DNA from: Acutalibacteraceae bacterium
Lineage (GTDB): Bacteria > Bacillota > Clostridia > Oscillospirales > Acutalibacteraceae
Assembly (NCBI GenBank): GCA_045658745.1
Contig: JAZOVO010000094.1
Span: 1-63,334, forward strand
DNA: 63,334 nucleotides
Reading direction: 5' to 3'
Positions within the stretch are counted from its first letter, which is position 1. Each line of letters starts with the position of its first letter. The notes beneath the pieces are model-generated. The model was not told the DNA's origin. It saw only the letters and a list, made by a program, of their open reading frames with translations, and ran no database searches. Both the position numbers and the translations under genes were made by a program. This document shows, one piece after another, positions 33,465 to 43,381 of this stretch.

Positions 33465-34589
33465 TTATTCTCCGAAAAGCATTCTGAAGGCGTTTTCCGC
33501 ATCCTCTTTGGTAAATCCGCCGGGGGAGAAGGTGAAGTTTGCGGGAACGGTGCTCCAACGCTCGCAGAAGCCCTTTATTTCATTTTCTGTCATTGTGATA
33601 CCCTTAAGGTCTGTAAGCGTCTCTATGACCCTTTTAAAGGTGTTTTTGTCGGTTTCCATAACTGAAAGGGCGCGGTCAAGCCTTTCGGGAGTAAATTCTG
33701 CGGCTCTGTCAACAAAAAGACCCATAAAGGCGGTGCAGGCCTTTCCGTGGGGAACACCGTAGTTTTCCGTCAGCACATAGCCGAGAGGATGGGGGAAGGC
33801 GGTGCCGCAATAGGCGAGGGTGATACCCGCGTAAAGTGAGCCGTAGTAAAGCTCTGCACGCATATCCTCGTCGGGGAGAAGCTTTTCTTCTCTGTTTTCG
33901 TAAAGGAAGCAAAGTCCCTTCCAGATAAGCTCCATTGCCTTTTCACCAAAAAGGGTGGGAATATCGGTGCATTTTGAGCCCATATAGCCCTCAAGCACGT
34001 GAGCCATAGCATCAAGTGCCGTTGAAACGGTTATATCATAGGGCATAGATGCCGTATAAGCGGGGTCTGCAAGGGTGAGGGTCGGATAGCAGTCCATAGG
34101 TGAAATGCTCTTTTTTCTGCCTGTTGCGGGGTGGGTGAGCACGCTTACTCTGCCTACCTCACTTCCCGTGCCCGCCGTTGTGCCGATAAGCACAATGGGA
34201 AGTGCCTTGTTACGGTCTGTCTGAGTGTAGATATCTTCCATAGCCATATCGGGGTTGCTCGCATAAACGGCAACCGCCTTTGCGGCGTCAAGGGGTGAGC
34301 CGCCTCCGATGCCTATAATAAAGTCTGCGCCGATTTCTCTTGCCTTAATACTTGCCTCGAAGCAATGGTCAAGGCGGGGATTAGGGCCTATTTTATCGTA
34401 AACGTCATAGCGGATGCCTTCCTTTTTAAGGGCGTTTTCCGTATCACCGAGAGCGCCGCAGAGCCTTGAGCTTTTACCGCCCGTTACAATAAGGCAGGTA
34501 TTACCGAAGCGCTTGAGCAGGTGACTGTTCAGGCTGACGGCATTTTTGCCGCTTATGACATTGATTGGTAAATGAAGGTTAAAGTCCAT
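33465..34589 (-). CDS. Iron-containing alcohol dehydrogenase family protein
   Basis: 374 aa. GIGGGSPLDAAKAVA and conserved His-rich C-terminal half. Confidence 0.8.
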   Translation of the reverse strand: MDFNLHLPINVISGKNAVSLNSHLLKRFGNTCLIVTGGKSSRLCGALGDTENALKKEGIRYDVYDKIGPNPRLDHCFEASIKAREIGADFIIGIGGGSPLDAAKAVAVYASNPDMAMEDIYTQTDRNKALPIVLIGTTAGTGSEVGRVSVLTHPATGRKKSISPMDCYPTLTLADPAYTASMPYDITVSTALDAMAHVLEGYMGSKCTDIPTLFGEKAMELIWKGLCFLYENREEKLLPDEDMRAELYYGSLYAGITLAYCGTAFPHPLGYVLTENYGVPHGKACTAFMGLFVDRAAEFTPERLDRALSVMETDKNTFKRVIETLTDLKGITMTENEIKGFCERWSTVPANFTFSPGGFTKEDAENAFRMLFGE

Positions 34590-34699
34590 AATTTTCCTCC
34601 TTTACTTTATATGTTAACTCTATTATTATATCAAATTCAGCCCGATAGTTCAAGGGCTAAAGAGAAACCGCCGAGGCAAATCTCGGCGGTTGAATTTCT

Positions 34700-36253
34700 T
34701 TATTTGCCCACAACGCTCTTGATGGTAGTGGCTTTACCTATGGCGTAACCGTTAGTTGTTTTGATGTAGGTCTTTATTCCGAAGCGATAGTATTCACCCT
34801 TTTTAAGACCCTTCACGTCATAGGTGAGAGTATTATCACCGGTAACGTTTACAAGATGCTTGAAGCTGCCGTTCTTGCCTACTGCGACATAAATTGCGTA
34901 GCCGTCAACGCCGGGAGTCTTTGTCCATTTGAGCCTTGCGATTTTGCTTGCGGTTGCAATGGACTTGATTGTGGGGGTAGAGGGCCTTGTAGCCCCGATA
35001 ACGGGAGCCTGAACGATTGAAACGTGACCCTTGCCGTCTTCGTCAAATCTTACACCGCGGACGTTAAAGGTGTACTTTGTGCCGGGGGTAAGCTTTGAAA
35101 CGATGTATTCGGAGGCAGTGCCGTCCCTTACAAGGTCAATGCACTTCCATTTTCCGCCGACCATCTGATAAATCTGATAAGCCTCGGCGCCCTTGAGGGG
35201 CTTCCATGCAAGCTTGATTTTTGTATCGTTATAGGCGGCAACCTTTACGCCTGTAAGGGTTGACTTTTTGAAATCGGCTACGGTAAGCACAGGGATAGTC
35301 TTTGTACCCTTTGCACCGCACTGCTTACAGGTAATCTGCATTGTACCTGTTGCGTCATAGGTAGCTGCCTTGAGTACCTTTGTATTCTGATACTGATGAG
35401 AGAGGCACTTAACGCTGAACTGCATATAGTTACTGTTTACGGTTTTACCTGTGCCTGAGTTGTAAGCCTTTACGTAAGCGGCATAGTCACCCTTGTTGAG
35501 TGTCTTACCTGCAACGTTCTTTGCAGTTGTTGCTGAATTGTACTTGCCTACCTTGGCGTTGTTCCAGTCATACTTACCCTTTGAATCCTTTGCGGCAACA
35601 TAAAGGTAGTAATGAGTTACGTCGTCACCGCCGTCGCTCCACTTGAAAGCGATGGTGTTATCGATATCATAGGGGTTCTTCTTGTTCTGAAGGGAAAGAG
35701 AGGGTGCCTTGAGGTCAAGCTTGCCGTAAACGGGCCAGTAATACTTTTCCGCATAATAACCGCGCTCGTCCGCCTTCACGCTTCTGTTGCTGGGAATTTC
35801 AAAATAGTAGCACCAATACCAGGCTGCATCGTATGCGCCGTCGGGATCATTTGAAACGCCCTTGAGATAGTCATAGATATAACCGTAGGAGCTGCTCTTG
35901 AGCTCGTGAAGAAGATATGCTATCTGACCTTCGATTGAAAGATAATCGTAGCCGTTCTTTTTGCAGTAGTTCTGGAGATTTGCAAATCTGCCGCCGTTCC
36001 ACTGGCAAAGACCGCCGCTGAGACGTCCGTTGCTGTCGTATATAACAAGCTCGGGGTCAAAGTCGGATTCTCTTTCGATATTAGCCATAATACCACAGGC
36101 TGCTGCTGAGTTAATTTTTAACTTGGTTGTAAGCTGTTTGTAAACTTCTGTTTTGTTGTTGCTGGTACTTGCTGAAGCGGAGAGTGGTACGATAGCGGCG
36201 AAGATAACAAGAGTTATTGCGGTAAGCAGCACTTTTGTTAAAGCCTTTTTCAT
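34700..36253 (-). CDS. Secreted cell-wall hydrolase-like protein (phage-tail-lysozyme-like domain + Fn3-like repeats)
   Basis: 517 aa from ATG 36253, signal peptide MKKALTKVLLTAITLVIFAAIVPLSASA. GIMANIERESDFDP...GGLCQWNGGR. C-terminal beta-rich repeats. Confidence 0.6.
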   Translation of the reverse strand: MKKALTKVLLTAITLVIFAAIVPLSASASTSNNKTEVYKQLTTKLKINSAAACGIMANIERESDFDPELVIYDSNGRLSGGLCQWNGGRFANLQNYCKKNGYDYLSIEGQIAYLLHELKSSSYGYIYDYLKGVSNDPDGAYDAAWYWCYYFEIPSNRSVKADERGYYAEKYYWPVYGKLDLKAPSLSLQNKKNPYDIDNTIAFKWSDGGDDVTHYYLYVAAKDSKGKYDWNNAKVGKYNSATTAKNVAGKTLNKGDYAAYVKAYNSGTGKTVNSNYMQFSVKCLSHQYQNTKVLKAATYDATGTMQITCKQCGAKGTKTIPVLTVADFKKSTLTGVKVAAYNDTKIKLAWKPLKGAEAYQIYQMVGGKWKCIDLVRDGTASEYIVSKLTPGTKYTFNVRGVRFDEDGKGHVSIVQAPVIGATRPSTPTIKSIATASKIARLKWTKTPGVDGYAIYVAVGKNGSFKHLVNVTGDNTLTYDVKGLKKGEYYRFGIKTYIKTTNGYAIGKATTIKSVVGK

Positions 36254-36389
36254 TTTATCACCTCTGATTTTTTTTGGCAGAAAAAGCACAACGGGGAAAG
36301 GCCTTCCTGCGGGGGCAAAGACTGATGTAAGAAGGGGCCTGCATTTTGTATTTGCATAGACTCGGGATAAAGCACATTTCTCTTTCATT

Positions 36390-37117
36390 TAATGATGTTT
36401 ATTGTGTTATCGATATTATGGTGTTGCGCGGTGTTTTACCCTTGTCACTGACCGTGCAGATGCGTGGCCAATCAACTCTTTGTCCGATTATTCCGGGGTC
36501 TGAAGTGCCCGGAATTTCATTTCCATATCGGCAACGTCGGCTATTATATATATTTATGGCGGCATTGTCAAATTTTATGCGGTTTCAGCGCTCTTTTTTT
36601 CGATTTTGCAAATTTTTTTCTCGAGAAAAAAAGCGTTATTTTTATGCAACATAAACAAAAAAGCCTTTTGGGCAACCTTGAAACCTTGGGCAATGTTCCG
36701 AAAATGCCCGAAAAGGGCAAAATCAGCAAATTTGTGAAAAAAAACAGAGGGGGTTTGTGGTATATTTTGCACAACTTTCACAAGGTTTATATGTGCATAT
36801 TTACTAAATTGATGCTAAAAAGGAATTAAAACGACATTTTTTGACACTTTTTTCGACCTTTTTTTTGAAAAAATTTCTCAAAAACTGCGAAAGAATTTTT
36901 TTCGTACGGGAAAAAATTCATCATAGGAATGTGGAATTTTTTCGCGAAAAATCAACAAGATGTTGTACAAAGGTAAAAATTTTCCCACAAAATACCAATT
37001 TGTGTGGAATGTGTGGAAAAGCCCGCTTGGTCAATATGCACAATTTTGGCACATTTTTTAATTGGAAAGAAATGGAAATTATGCAATTTTTCAGAAGCGA
37101 TTCGAGATGAAAAGGGG
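36390..37117. other. ~700-bp AT-rich non-coding island with T-tract/A-tract palindromes
   Basis: TTTTTTTCTCGAGAAAAAAA, TTTTTTCGCGAAAAA, TTTTTTTCGTACGGGAAAAAA, TTTTTTTTGAAAAAA. Only low-complexity ORFs. Confidence 0.6.
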
Positions 37118-37144
37118 GGCGAGTAGCCAGTAGAGCAGCCAGGG

Positions 37145-37245
37145 TTGCCTTCGGTAATGATGTATCCGCTATGCGGATATGATGCTTGCCTTGCGGCAAA
37201 TGATGCTCCGCCAAGGCGGAATGATGAATTTGCCTTGCGGCAAAT
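37145..37245 (-). repeat. Array of 5 variable hairpins separated by constant ATGATG (CATCAT on the minus strand)
   Basis: TTGCC-TTC-GGTAA | TATCCGC-TAT-GCGGATA | TTGCC-TTGC-GGCAA | TCCGCC-AA-GGCGGA | ATTTGCC-TTGC-GGCAAAT. Period ~20-22 nt. Two loops read GCAA on the minus strand. Confidence 0.8.
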
Positions 37246-37327
37246 ATTTAGGGTCGCTTCGCTCCGATTATATGCGGACACGGCAAGCCGTGTCCCTACG
37301 GTAGTCATACAACCACATCTACTCATT

Positions 37328-37756
37328 CAACCCACGTCCGTCTGTAGAACCTTGGAGGACGGATGATACTAAAACAACCCGCGTTAGCGGATTGCGAATG
37401 TCGGGTACACGGCAGTTAAAAGACCGGCAGAAAATTAGACGATTGCGGATTTTATTAAAAATGACGGACGTAGCGGACTCGTTGGTAGAGCTGACTCTTA
37501 AACAGAGTTGTCCGTGAGCTTTCTCCTCGCATAGAGCAGTAGTAATGTGAATTTTTCCGTTGGGTACAAGGTTATTTCCTTATCATTCTGCAGAAATTGA
37601 AGGCATTATGATTTAAGCAAACGTAACGGCGGAAAAATCCGCCGCCACTGCGGACCTCTTCGTACAACCCAAGAGCGCTTTGGTTACTTTGTCGCTCCGG
37701 ACAAAGTAACAGCCCCGCCGGCTTGAGGCGGTAGAACTTAGAAGCAATAGCCACGG
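37328..37756. repeat. ~430-nt conserved non-coding core, copy 3
   Basis: Same scaffold as copies 1 and 2, with an unrelated 66-nt variable arm (37564-37629). Confidence 0.85.
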
Positions 37757-37939
37757 ATGATTAAAAAGCGATAACGTAAGGTTTAAAAAGCAGAACGTGA
37801 AAGAAGAAGCAACCGCGTGAAATAAAAAGCAAAATACACGCCTTAACGGCGTAAAAAATACATATATATAATAGTATACGAAAAACACCGCCCTGGACTT
37901 CCAAAGCGGTGTCAGATTATATGCATTTAATAAACAAAT

Positions 37940-37958
37940 GAGGGGGCTCTGCCCCCTC
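37940..37958 (-). terminator. Intrinsic terminator of proS
   Basis: On the minus strand: GAGGGGGC-AGA-GCCCCCTC followed by ATTTGTTTATT. Confidence 0.6.
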
Positions 37959-37964
37959 ACCCCT

Positions 37965-37996
37965 GCAAGCTTTTGTAAAAGCTTGACCAAAACTTT
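37965..37996 (-). repeat. SPE-H copy
   Basis: Ends 18 nt from the proS stop, sense to proS. Confidence 0.85.
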
Positions 37997-38014
37997 TCTT
38001 GTTTTGCTTTACTT

Positions 38015-39457
38015 TTAATATGCCTTGCCCCAGTATACAAGGTGCTTTGCTTCCTTACCGCAGCAAACACACTTGTCGCTGATAATCTCCTGATTAAGAG
38101 GCATACAGCGTGAGCCTACGCCTGTAAGCTCCTTAACCTTGTCCTCACATTCCTCGTCGCCGCACCACATAGCCTTAACAAAGCCGTCACCGTTCTCCTC
38201 GAGTGCCTTTGTGATTTCGTCGAGTGTTGTGCAGGTGTAGGTTCTCTTTTCTCTGTTTGCAAGAGCCTTGTTGAAGATGCCCTCGTTAACCTCGTTGAGC
38301 TTATCCTTAACGCTTTCTGCAAGAGTATCAAGTGCAACAACAGTCTTTTCTCTGTTGTGACGTGTAACAAGCACACATTCGCCCTTTTCGATATCGCGGG
38401 GACCTACTTCGATTCTTACGGGTACGCCCTTCATTTCGTACTCTGCATACTTCCAGCCTGCAGAGTTGTTGCTGTCGTCAAGCTTTACGCGGATGCCTGC
38501 CTTCTTAAGGTCAGCCATAAGCTCGTTTGCCTTTTCAAGCACGCCTTCCTTATGCTGTGCAACGGGGATGATAACTGCCTGAATGGGAGCAACTGCGGGA
38601 GGAAGAACAAGACCGTTGTCGTCACCGTGAGTCATAATGATAGCTCCGATGAGTCTTGTTGTAACACCCCAGGATGTCTGATGGGGATATTCGAGCTTGT
38701 TTTCCTTGCTCTGATACTGAATGCCGAAGGCCTTTGCAAAGCCGTCGCCGAAGTAGTGTGACGTACCTGCCTGAAGAGCCTTACCGTCGTGCATAAGAGC
38801 CTCAATAGCATAGGTTGAAACTGCGCCTGCAAACTTGTCGCTTTCGGTCTTCTTACCCTGAATAATGGGGATAGCAAGATACTTTTCGCAGAAGTCTGTG
38901 TAAACGTTAAGCATCTTCTCTGTCTCTGTGATTGCTTCCTCGGCTGTAGCGTGGATTGTGTGACCCTCCTGCCAGAGGAATTCTCTTGAGCGGAGGAAGG
39001 GACGTGTTGTCTTCTCCCAGCGTACAACACTTACCCACTGATTGTAAAGCTTGGGAAGGTCTCTGTGTGAGTGGATAATGTTAGCATAATGCTCACAGAA
39101 AAGAGTTTCTGATGTAGGACGGACGCAGAGTCTTTCCTCAAGCTTCTCGCTGCCGCCGTGGGTTACCCATGCAACCTCGGGAGCAAAGCCCTTAACGTGT
39201 TCCTTCTCCTTCTGAAGGAGTGATTCGGGGATAAACATAGGCATACACACATTCTCGTGGCCTGTTTCCTTGAACATACCGTCAAGGATGCGCTGAATGT
39301 TTTCCCAGATAGCGTAAGCGTAGGGGCGGATAACCATACAGCCCTTTACGCTTGTGTATTCAACAAGCTCTGCCTTTTTGCAGATGTCGGTATACCACTT
39401 GGCAAAATCTACCTCCATAGAGGTGATTTCTTCAACCATTTTTTTATCGTTTGCCAT
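38015..39457 (-). CDS. proS: Prolyl-tRNA synthetase (archaeal/eukaryote-like type)
   Basis: 480 aa. Class IIa motifs, no INS editing domain, C-terminal Cys-rich domain ending in Tyr. Confidence 0.95.
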   Translation of the reverse strand: MANDKKMVEEITSMEVDFAKWYTDICKKAELVEYTSVKGCMVIRPYAYAIWENIQRILDGMFKETGHENVCMPMFIPESLLQKEKEHVKGFAPEVAWVTHGGSEKLEERLCVRPTSETLFCEHYANIIHSHRDLPKLYNQWVSVVRWEKTTRPFLRSREFLWQEGHTIHATAEEAITETEKMLNVYTDFCEKYLAIPIIQGKKTESDKFAGAVSTYAIEALMHDGKALQAGTSHYFGDGFAKAFGIQYQSKENKLEYPHQTSWGVTTRLIGAIIMTHGDDNGLVLPPAVAPIQAVIIPVAQHKEGVLEKANELMADLKKAGIRVKLDDSNNSAGWKYAEYEMKGVPVRIEVGPRDIEKGECVLVTRHNREKTVVALDTLAESVKDKLNEVNEGIFNKALANREKRTYTCTTLDEITKALEENGDGFVKAMWCGDEECEDKVKELTGVGSRCMPLNQEIISDKCVCCGKEAKHLVYWGKAY

Positions 39458-39534
39458 AGGATTTTTTCCTTTCTTTTTTGTGTAAAAAACACGGGAAAAT
39501 TACATATATATAATAGTATACGAAAAATGCAAAA

Positions 39535-39760
39535 TGCAAAATGCAAAATGCAAAATTGTGGTCGCGGGATAGCTTTGTCTGATATAAAGCTTAACTGCCG
39601 CAAAATGCAGTTTTCAATTAACTGCAGGTGTACATATTATAATATATCAAGATAATATAGTTTGGCGGAATAATGTGACTTTTAAGTACAACATTAAAGC
39701 GGATATAATCGGAGCGAAGCGACCCTTCATTTTGCACTTTGCATTTTGCATTTTGCATTT
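39535..39760 (-). mobile_element. (AAATGC)n-TIR MITE-like element, copy 3 (inverted relative to copy 1)
   Basis: TIRs at 39535-39556 and 39728-39760. Subterminal GGTCGCGGG ... GGAGCGAAGCGACCC. Fills the ileS-proS intergenic region. Confidence 0.8.
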
Positions 39761-39779
39761 GAAGGGTCTTGCCCTGAAT

Positions 39780-42700
39780 TTACGCTTTTTTAACGCTGAT
39801 TGTAACTTCCTTATCACCGATAGCTACGGTCTTTGTAAGGTCGGCCTCAATCTCTTCACCAACAAGCACTGCGTCAGCAAGAAGCTCTGCGGCCATATGG
39901 TCAACGCTTTCCTTAATGCAGTTAACGGTGAACTCGTCTGCTGATGAAAGAGCCATTACAACTCTCTGCTCAACCTCGTAGCCTGCCTCCTTACGGATAA
40001 GCTGACACTGACGGATGATGTCACGTACTGTGCCTTCCTTGATAAGCTCGTCGGTAAGCACAACGTCAAGAGCAATTACTGTACCCTCGCCGCATTCAGC
40101 GGAAACGATGCCTGCCTTTGTCTTGGACATAATGTTGAAGATTGCGGGGTCATAAGCCTCGTCAAAGCCTTCAACAAGCACAGCCTCGCCTGCCTTAGCC
40201 TTAGCGGTGTATTCAGCCATCTTGTCGGCGTCTGCTGCCTCAAGAGCCTGCTTCATCTTGTTAACGTTCTGCTTGAGAACTGCACCTGCAACCTTGAAGT
40301 TAACGGTGAGGTAGCTGTCGTTGAGAACGTTTACATCGTCGATGTATTCGATAGCCTTGATGTTAAGCTCGTCAAGGATGTTCTTTTCAAATACCTTGAT
40401 GTCTGCATCGCTGCATACAAAGAGCTTTGAAAGGGGCTGACGAACCTTGAGCTGATGCTCGTTACGAAGTCTCATAGCAGTTGCAATGATATCTCTTGCA
40501 AAAGCAGTCTTTGCGATGATGCCGTCATCCTCGAAGCCCTCGAGAGCTACGGGCCAGTCTGAAAGGTGAACTGAAAGCTCTGCGGTAGGAAGCACGCGGC
40601 GGACAAGGTTCTGCCAGATGCTTTCTGTCATAAAGGGAAGGATGGGAGCCATAACCTTTGTGCAGGCCTCAAGAGCCTTGAAGAGTGTCCAGTAGGCAAT
40701 CATCTTATCCTTTTCGTCGCCTGTCTTCCAGAAGCGGCGACGGTTGGTTCTGATATACCAGTTGGAGATATCGTCTGTGAAGATTTCAAATTCCTTGACA
40801 AGGTTGTACGCCTTGTAGTCATCCATCTGAGCGGTTGCTTTATTGATGAAATCGTTTGTTCTTGCAAGAAGCCACTTGTCGGTAACGGTCATAGCGCTCT
40901 TATCGGGAGTGTAGCCCTCGAAGTTGGGCTTGTCAATTCTTGCATAGGTCTCGAAGAAGGTGTAGATGTTCCAGTAGGAGAGAAGCTTTCTTCTTGCCTC
41001 GTCGCCGAGACCGAAGCCGAAGCGTACATCGTTTGCAACGGGGCCGCCTGCATAGAGGTAACGAACGGTGTCAGCACCGATTTTCTCTGCTGCCTCGTCG
41101 AAGCGGATCATATAGCCTGTCTTGGAGAACTTTTCGCCGTTTTCCTGAATAACGCTTGAGTGGCAGAGAACTCTCTCATAGGGAGCCTTGTCCTCAAGAA
41201 CTGTACTCATAAACAGAAGTGAGTAGAACCAGAGACGAACCTGCTCGCGCATTTCAACAACCCACTCTGCGGGGAAGTTCTTTCTCCATTCTTCCTTATC
41301 GGTAAAGTAGCCTGTTGTTGAGAAGGGAACGATACCTGCGTCGAGCCATACGTCACCTACGTCGGTGATACGCTTGACAGCCTTACCGCACTTGGGACAC
41401 TTGATTTCCACCTCGTCAATCCAGGGTCTGTGAAGCTCGGGGAGAGCGTCAACCTTTGCAGGGTCAACTGCAAGGCTCTTAAGCTCATCGATTGAGCCTA
41501 CAACGTGAACGTTGCCGCAGTCCTCACATACATAGAAGGGGAGGGGCATACCGTAGTAGCGCTTACGTGAAATGTTCCAGTTGCCCATATTGTTGAGCCA
41601 GTCGAGCATTCTCTTGCCGTTTGATTCGGGCTCCCACTTAACGCTCTGAGCGTTTCTGATAAGGCGGGGCTTTAATTCCTCTGTTGCGATGAACCAGGAG
41701 GGAACAAGACGGTAGATAAGCTCCTCCTTACATCTCCAGCATACGGGGTAGCTGTGCTCGTGGGGCTTGATGAGGTAAAGCTTGTCTCTCTTCTTGAGCT
41801 CTTCAAATACCTCGTCAGCGATTGTCTTTGAGCTCTTACCTGAGAAGAAGCCGAAGCCCTTGAGGAAGATACCCATATCGTCAACGGGCATAATTTCGGG
41901 AAGACCGAGTCTCTTGCCGAGCTCGTTATCCTCTGCACCGCAACCGGGAGCGATGTGAACAACGCCAGTACCTTCTTCAGCGTCAACGTCCTCCCATGCA
42001 ACGATCTTATGCTCAAAGCCCTGCTGAGCCTCAAGCTCGGGGAAGCAGGTGTCGTATTTCTTACCTACAAGCTCCTCACCCTTGAACATACGAAGAACCT
42101 CAAGCTTGTCCTCACCGAGGTACTTGATAGCGTTCTTTGCAAGAATGAGAGTCTTTTCGTCGCTCTTTACCTTTACCTCAACATAGTCGATTTCGGGGTT
42201 AACTGCAAGGGCAACGTTTGAGGAAAGAGTCCAGGGTGTTGTTGTCCATACGATAATCTTACTGTCTGTGCCTTCAACGGGAAGCTTGAAGAAAACAGAG
42301 TTGTGAGTAATTGTCTTGTATGAGCCTGTCATTTCGTGCTCTGAAAGAGATGTACCGCAGCGGGGGCACCAGGGCATGGGCTTGTACTCACGCTTGATCC
42401 AGCCGTTGTTGTCGCAGGTCTTGAGGAAGTGCCAGATTGAGGTGATGTTAAGGTCTGTGTTGGTGTAGTAGGAGTTGTCCCACTGCATCCACTGACCGAG
42501 TCTCTTTGACTGCTCGGTGATAACACCGGAGTACTGCTTTACACGCTCAACGCACTTTTTTGTGAACTTGTCGATACCGTAATCCTCGATATCCTTCTTT
42601 GATTCGAAGCCGAGGTCTCTTTCAACGCCGACCTCAACCCAGAGACCCTGACTGTCAAAGCCGTTCTGACAGCGGCAGTCGTAGCCTCTCATATACTTGT

Positions 42701-42908
42701 ATCTGATGAAGGTATCCTTGAGGGTACGTCCCCATGCGTGGTGGATACCCATAGGATTGTTTGCGGTGATGGGGCCGTCGATGAAGCGGAAGCGCTCCTT
42801 GCCCTGATTTTTTTCCTTACGCTTTTCGTAGCAATTGTTATCCTCCCAGAACTTGAGAATGTCATGCTCCATGGCGATAAAATTGTTGCTTTTTTCCATT
42901 TCTGCCAT
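39780..42908 (-). CDS. ileS: Isoleucyl-tRNA synthetase (type 2)
   Basis: 1042 aa. HIGH-region PMGIHHAWG, KMSKS-like KFSKT, CP1 editing domain, long C-terminal extension. Confidence 0.95.
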   Translation of the reverse strand: MAEMEKSNNFIAMEHDILKFWEDNNCYEKRKEKNQGKERFRFIDGPITANNPMGIHHAWGRTLKDTFIRYKYMRGYDCRCQNGFDSQGLWVEVGVERDLGFESKKDIEDYGIDKFTKKCVERVKQYSGVITEQSKRLGQWMQWDNSYYTNTDLNITSIWHFLKTCDNNGWIKREYKPMPWCPRCGTSLSEHEMTGSYKTITHNSVFFKLPVEGTDSKIIVWTTTPWTLSSNVALAVNPEIDYVEVKVKSDEKTLILAKNAIKYLGEDKLEVLRMFKGEELVGKKYDTCFPELEAQQGFEHKIVAWEDVDAEEGTGVVHIAPGCGAEDNELGKRLGLPEIMPVDDMGIFLKGFGFFSGKSSKTIADEVFEELKKRDKLYLIKPHEHSYPVCWRCKEELIYRLVPSWFIATEELKPRLIRNAQSVKWEPESNGKRMLDWLNNMGNWNISRKRYYGMPLPFYVCEDCGNVHVVGSIDELKSLAVDPAKVDALPELHRPWIDEVEIKCPKCGKAVKRITDVGDVWLDAGIVPFSTTGYFTDKEEWRKNFPAEWVVEMREQVRLWFYSLLFMSTVLEDKAPYERVLCHSSVIQENGEKFSKTGYMIRFDEAAEKIGADTVRYLYAGGPVANDVRFGFGLGDEARRKLLSYWNIYTFFETYARIDKPNFEGYTPDKSAMTVTDKWLLARTNDFINKATAQMDDYKAYNLVKEFEIFTDDISNWYIRTNRRRFWKTGDEKDKMIAYWTLFKALEACTKVMAPILPFMTESIWQNLVRRVLPTAELSVHLSDWPVALEGFEDDGIIAKTAFARDIIATAMRLRNEHQLKVRQPLSKLFVCSDADIKVFEKNILDELNIKAIEYIDDVNVLNDSYLTVNFKVAGAVLKQNVNKMKQALEAADADKMAEYTAKAKAGEAVLVEGFDEAYDPAIFNIMSKTKAGIVSAECGEGTVIALDVVLTDELIKEGTVRDIIRQCQLIRKEAGYEVEQRVVMALSSADEFTVNCIKESVDHMAAELLADAVLVGEEIEADLTKTVAIGDKEVTISVKKA

Positions 42909-42983
42909 AATAAATTCTATCCTCCGTAAATATTTTTACGCTCAATCGGAAAAGCATACTGCTCCGATTATATATACCAAAAG

Positions 42984-43012
42984 AGTATACTATAATATAA
43001 GGAATTTTTCAA
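42984..43012 (-). promoter_or_regulatory. Candidate sigma-A promoter of ileS
   Basis: Minus strand: TTGAAA (43012-43007), 17-nt spacer, TATACT (42989-42984). Confidence 0.5.
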
Positions 43013-43041
43013 TAGAAAAAGGAAAAAAAGTGGGATAAAAA

Positions 43042-43325
43042 GTGAGGCGAGGGCCGAGGGCCAAGGGCCAAAGGGCCGAGTGAAGGTGAGGTGTGATTTA
43101 AAGTAGTAAGTAGCCGGTAGTCAGTAGTAAGGATTGTCGCTTTGCGACAAAAGGATTTTGTAGGGCGGATATCAGCCGCACGCTGTACTCCTGACTTTTG
43201 GCACTCGGCCCTTGGCCCTTGGCCCTCGGCCCTCACTCCTTGCACTTGTTCGGAACTCGCCTCCTGATTTTTTGGCACTTGGTTCCTGATACTCGGCCCT
43301 TGGCCCTCGGCCCTCGGCCCTCCCC
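43042..43325. repeat. Long inverted repeat built from (GGCCCTY)n heptamers, with a duplicated right arm
   Basis: Left arm 43042-43082 is GTGAGGCGAGGGCCGAGGGCCAAGGGCCAAAGGGCCGAGTG. Right arm 43202-43236 is its complement. A second right-arm copy lies at 43291-43325. The loop carries an AGTAGTC-type array. Confidence 0.8.
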
Positions 43326-43381
43326 CCCTTGCATTTTCCTCCTCCTTGTGCTATATTTAACTCATAAAAGGAGATGTAACT

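Noticed and set aside
36464-36829. ORFs 36346-36654, 36464-36829, 36841-37110 and 36952-37326 in the AT-rich island.
   Set aside because: They are low-complexity Phe/Lys-rich translations of T/A tracts, mutually overlapping on both strands, without RBSs.
36390-37117. Chromosomal replication origin (oriC) in the AT-rich island.
   Set aside because: Only one 9-mer is within one mismatch of a DnaA box; the others have 2-3 mismatches. There is no dnaA/dnaN nearby. I cannot compute GC skew. It is kept only as an AT-rich curiosity.
42909-43041. T-box leaders upstream of ileS and proS, and an S-box/SAM riboswitch upstream of the metY-like gene.
   Set aside because: By eye there is no specifier-loop/T-box (AGGGTGGNACCGCG-like) sequence and no S-box core. 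The ileS leader is about 75 nt, and the proS and metY upstream regions are occupied by repeat modules. A covariance-model scan would be needed to be certain.
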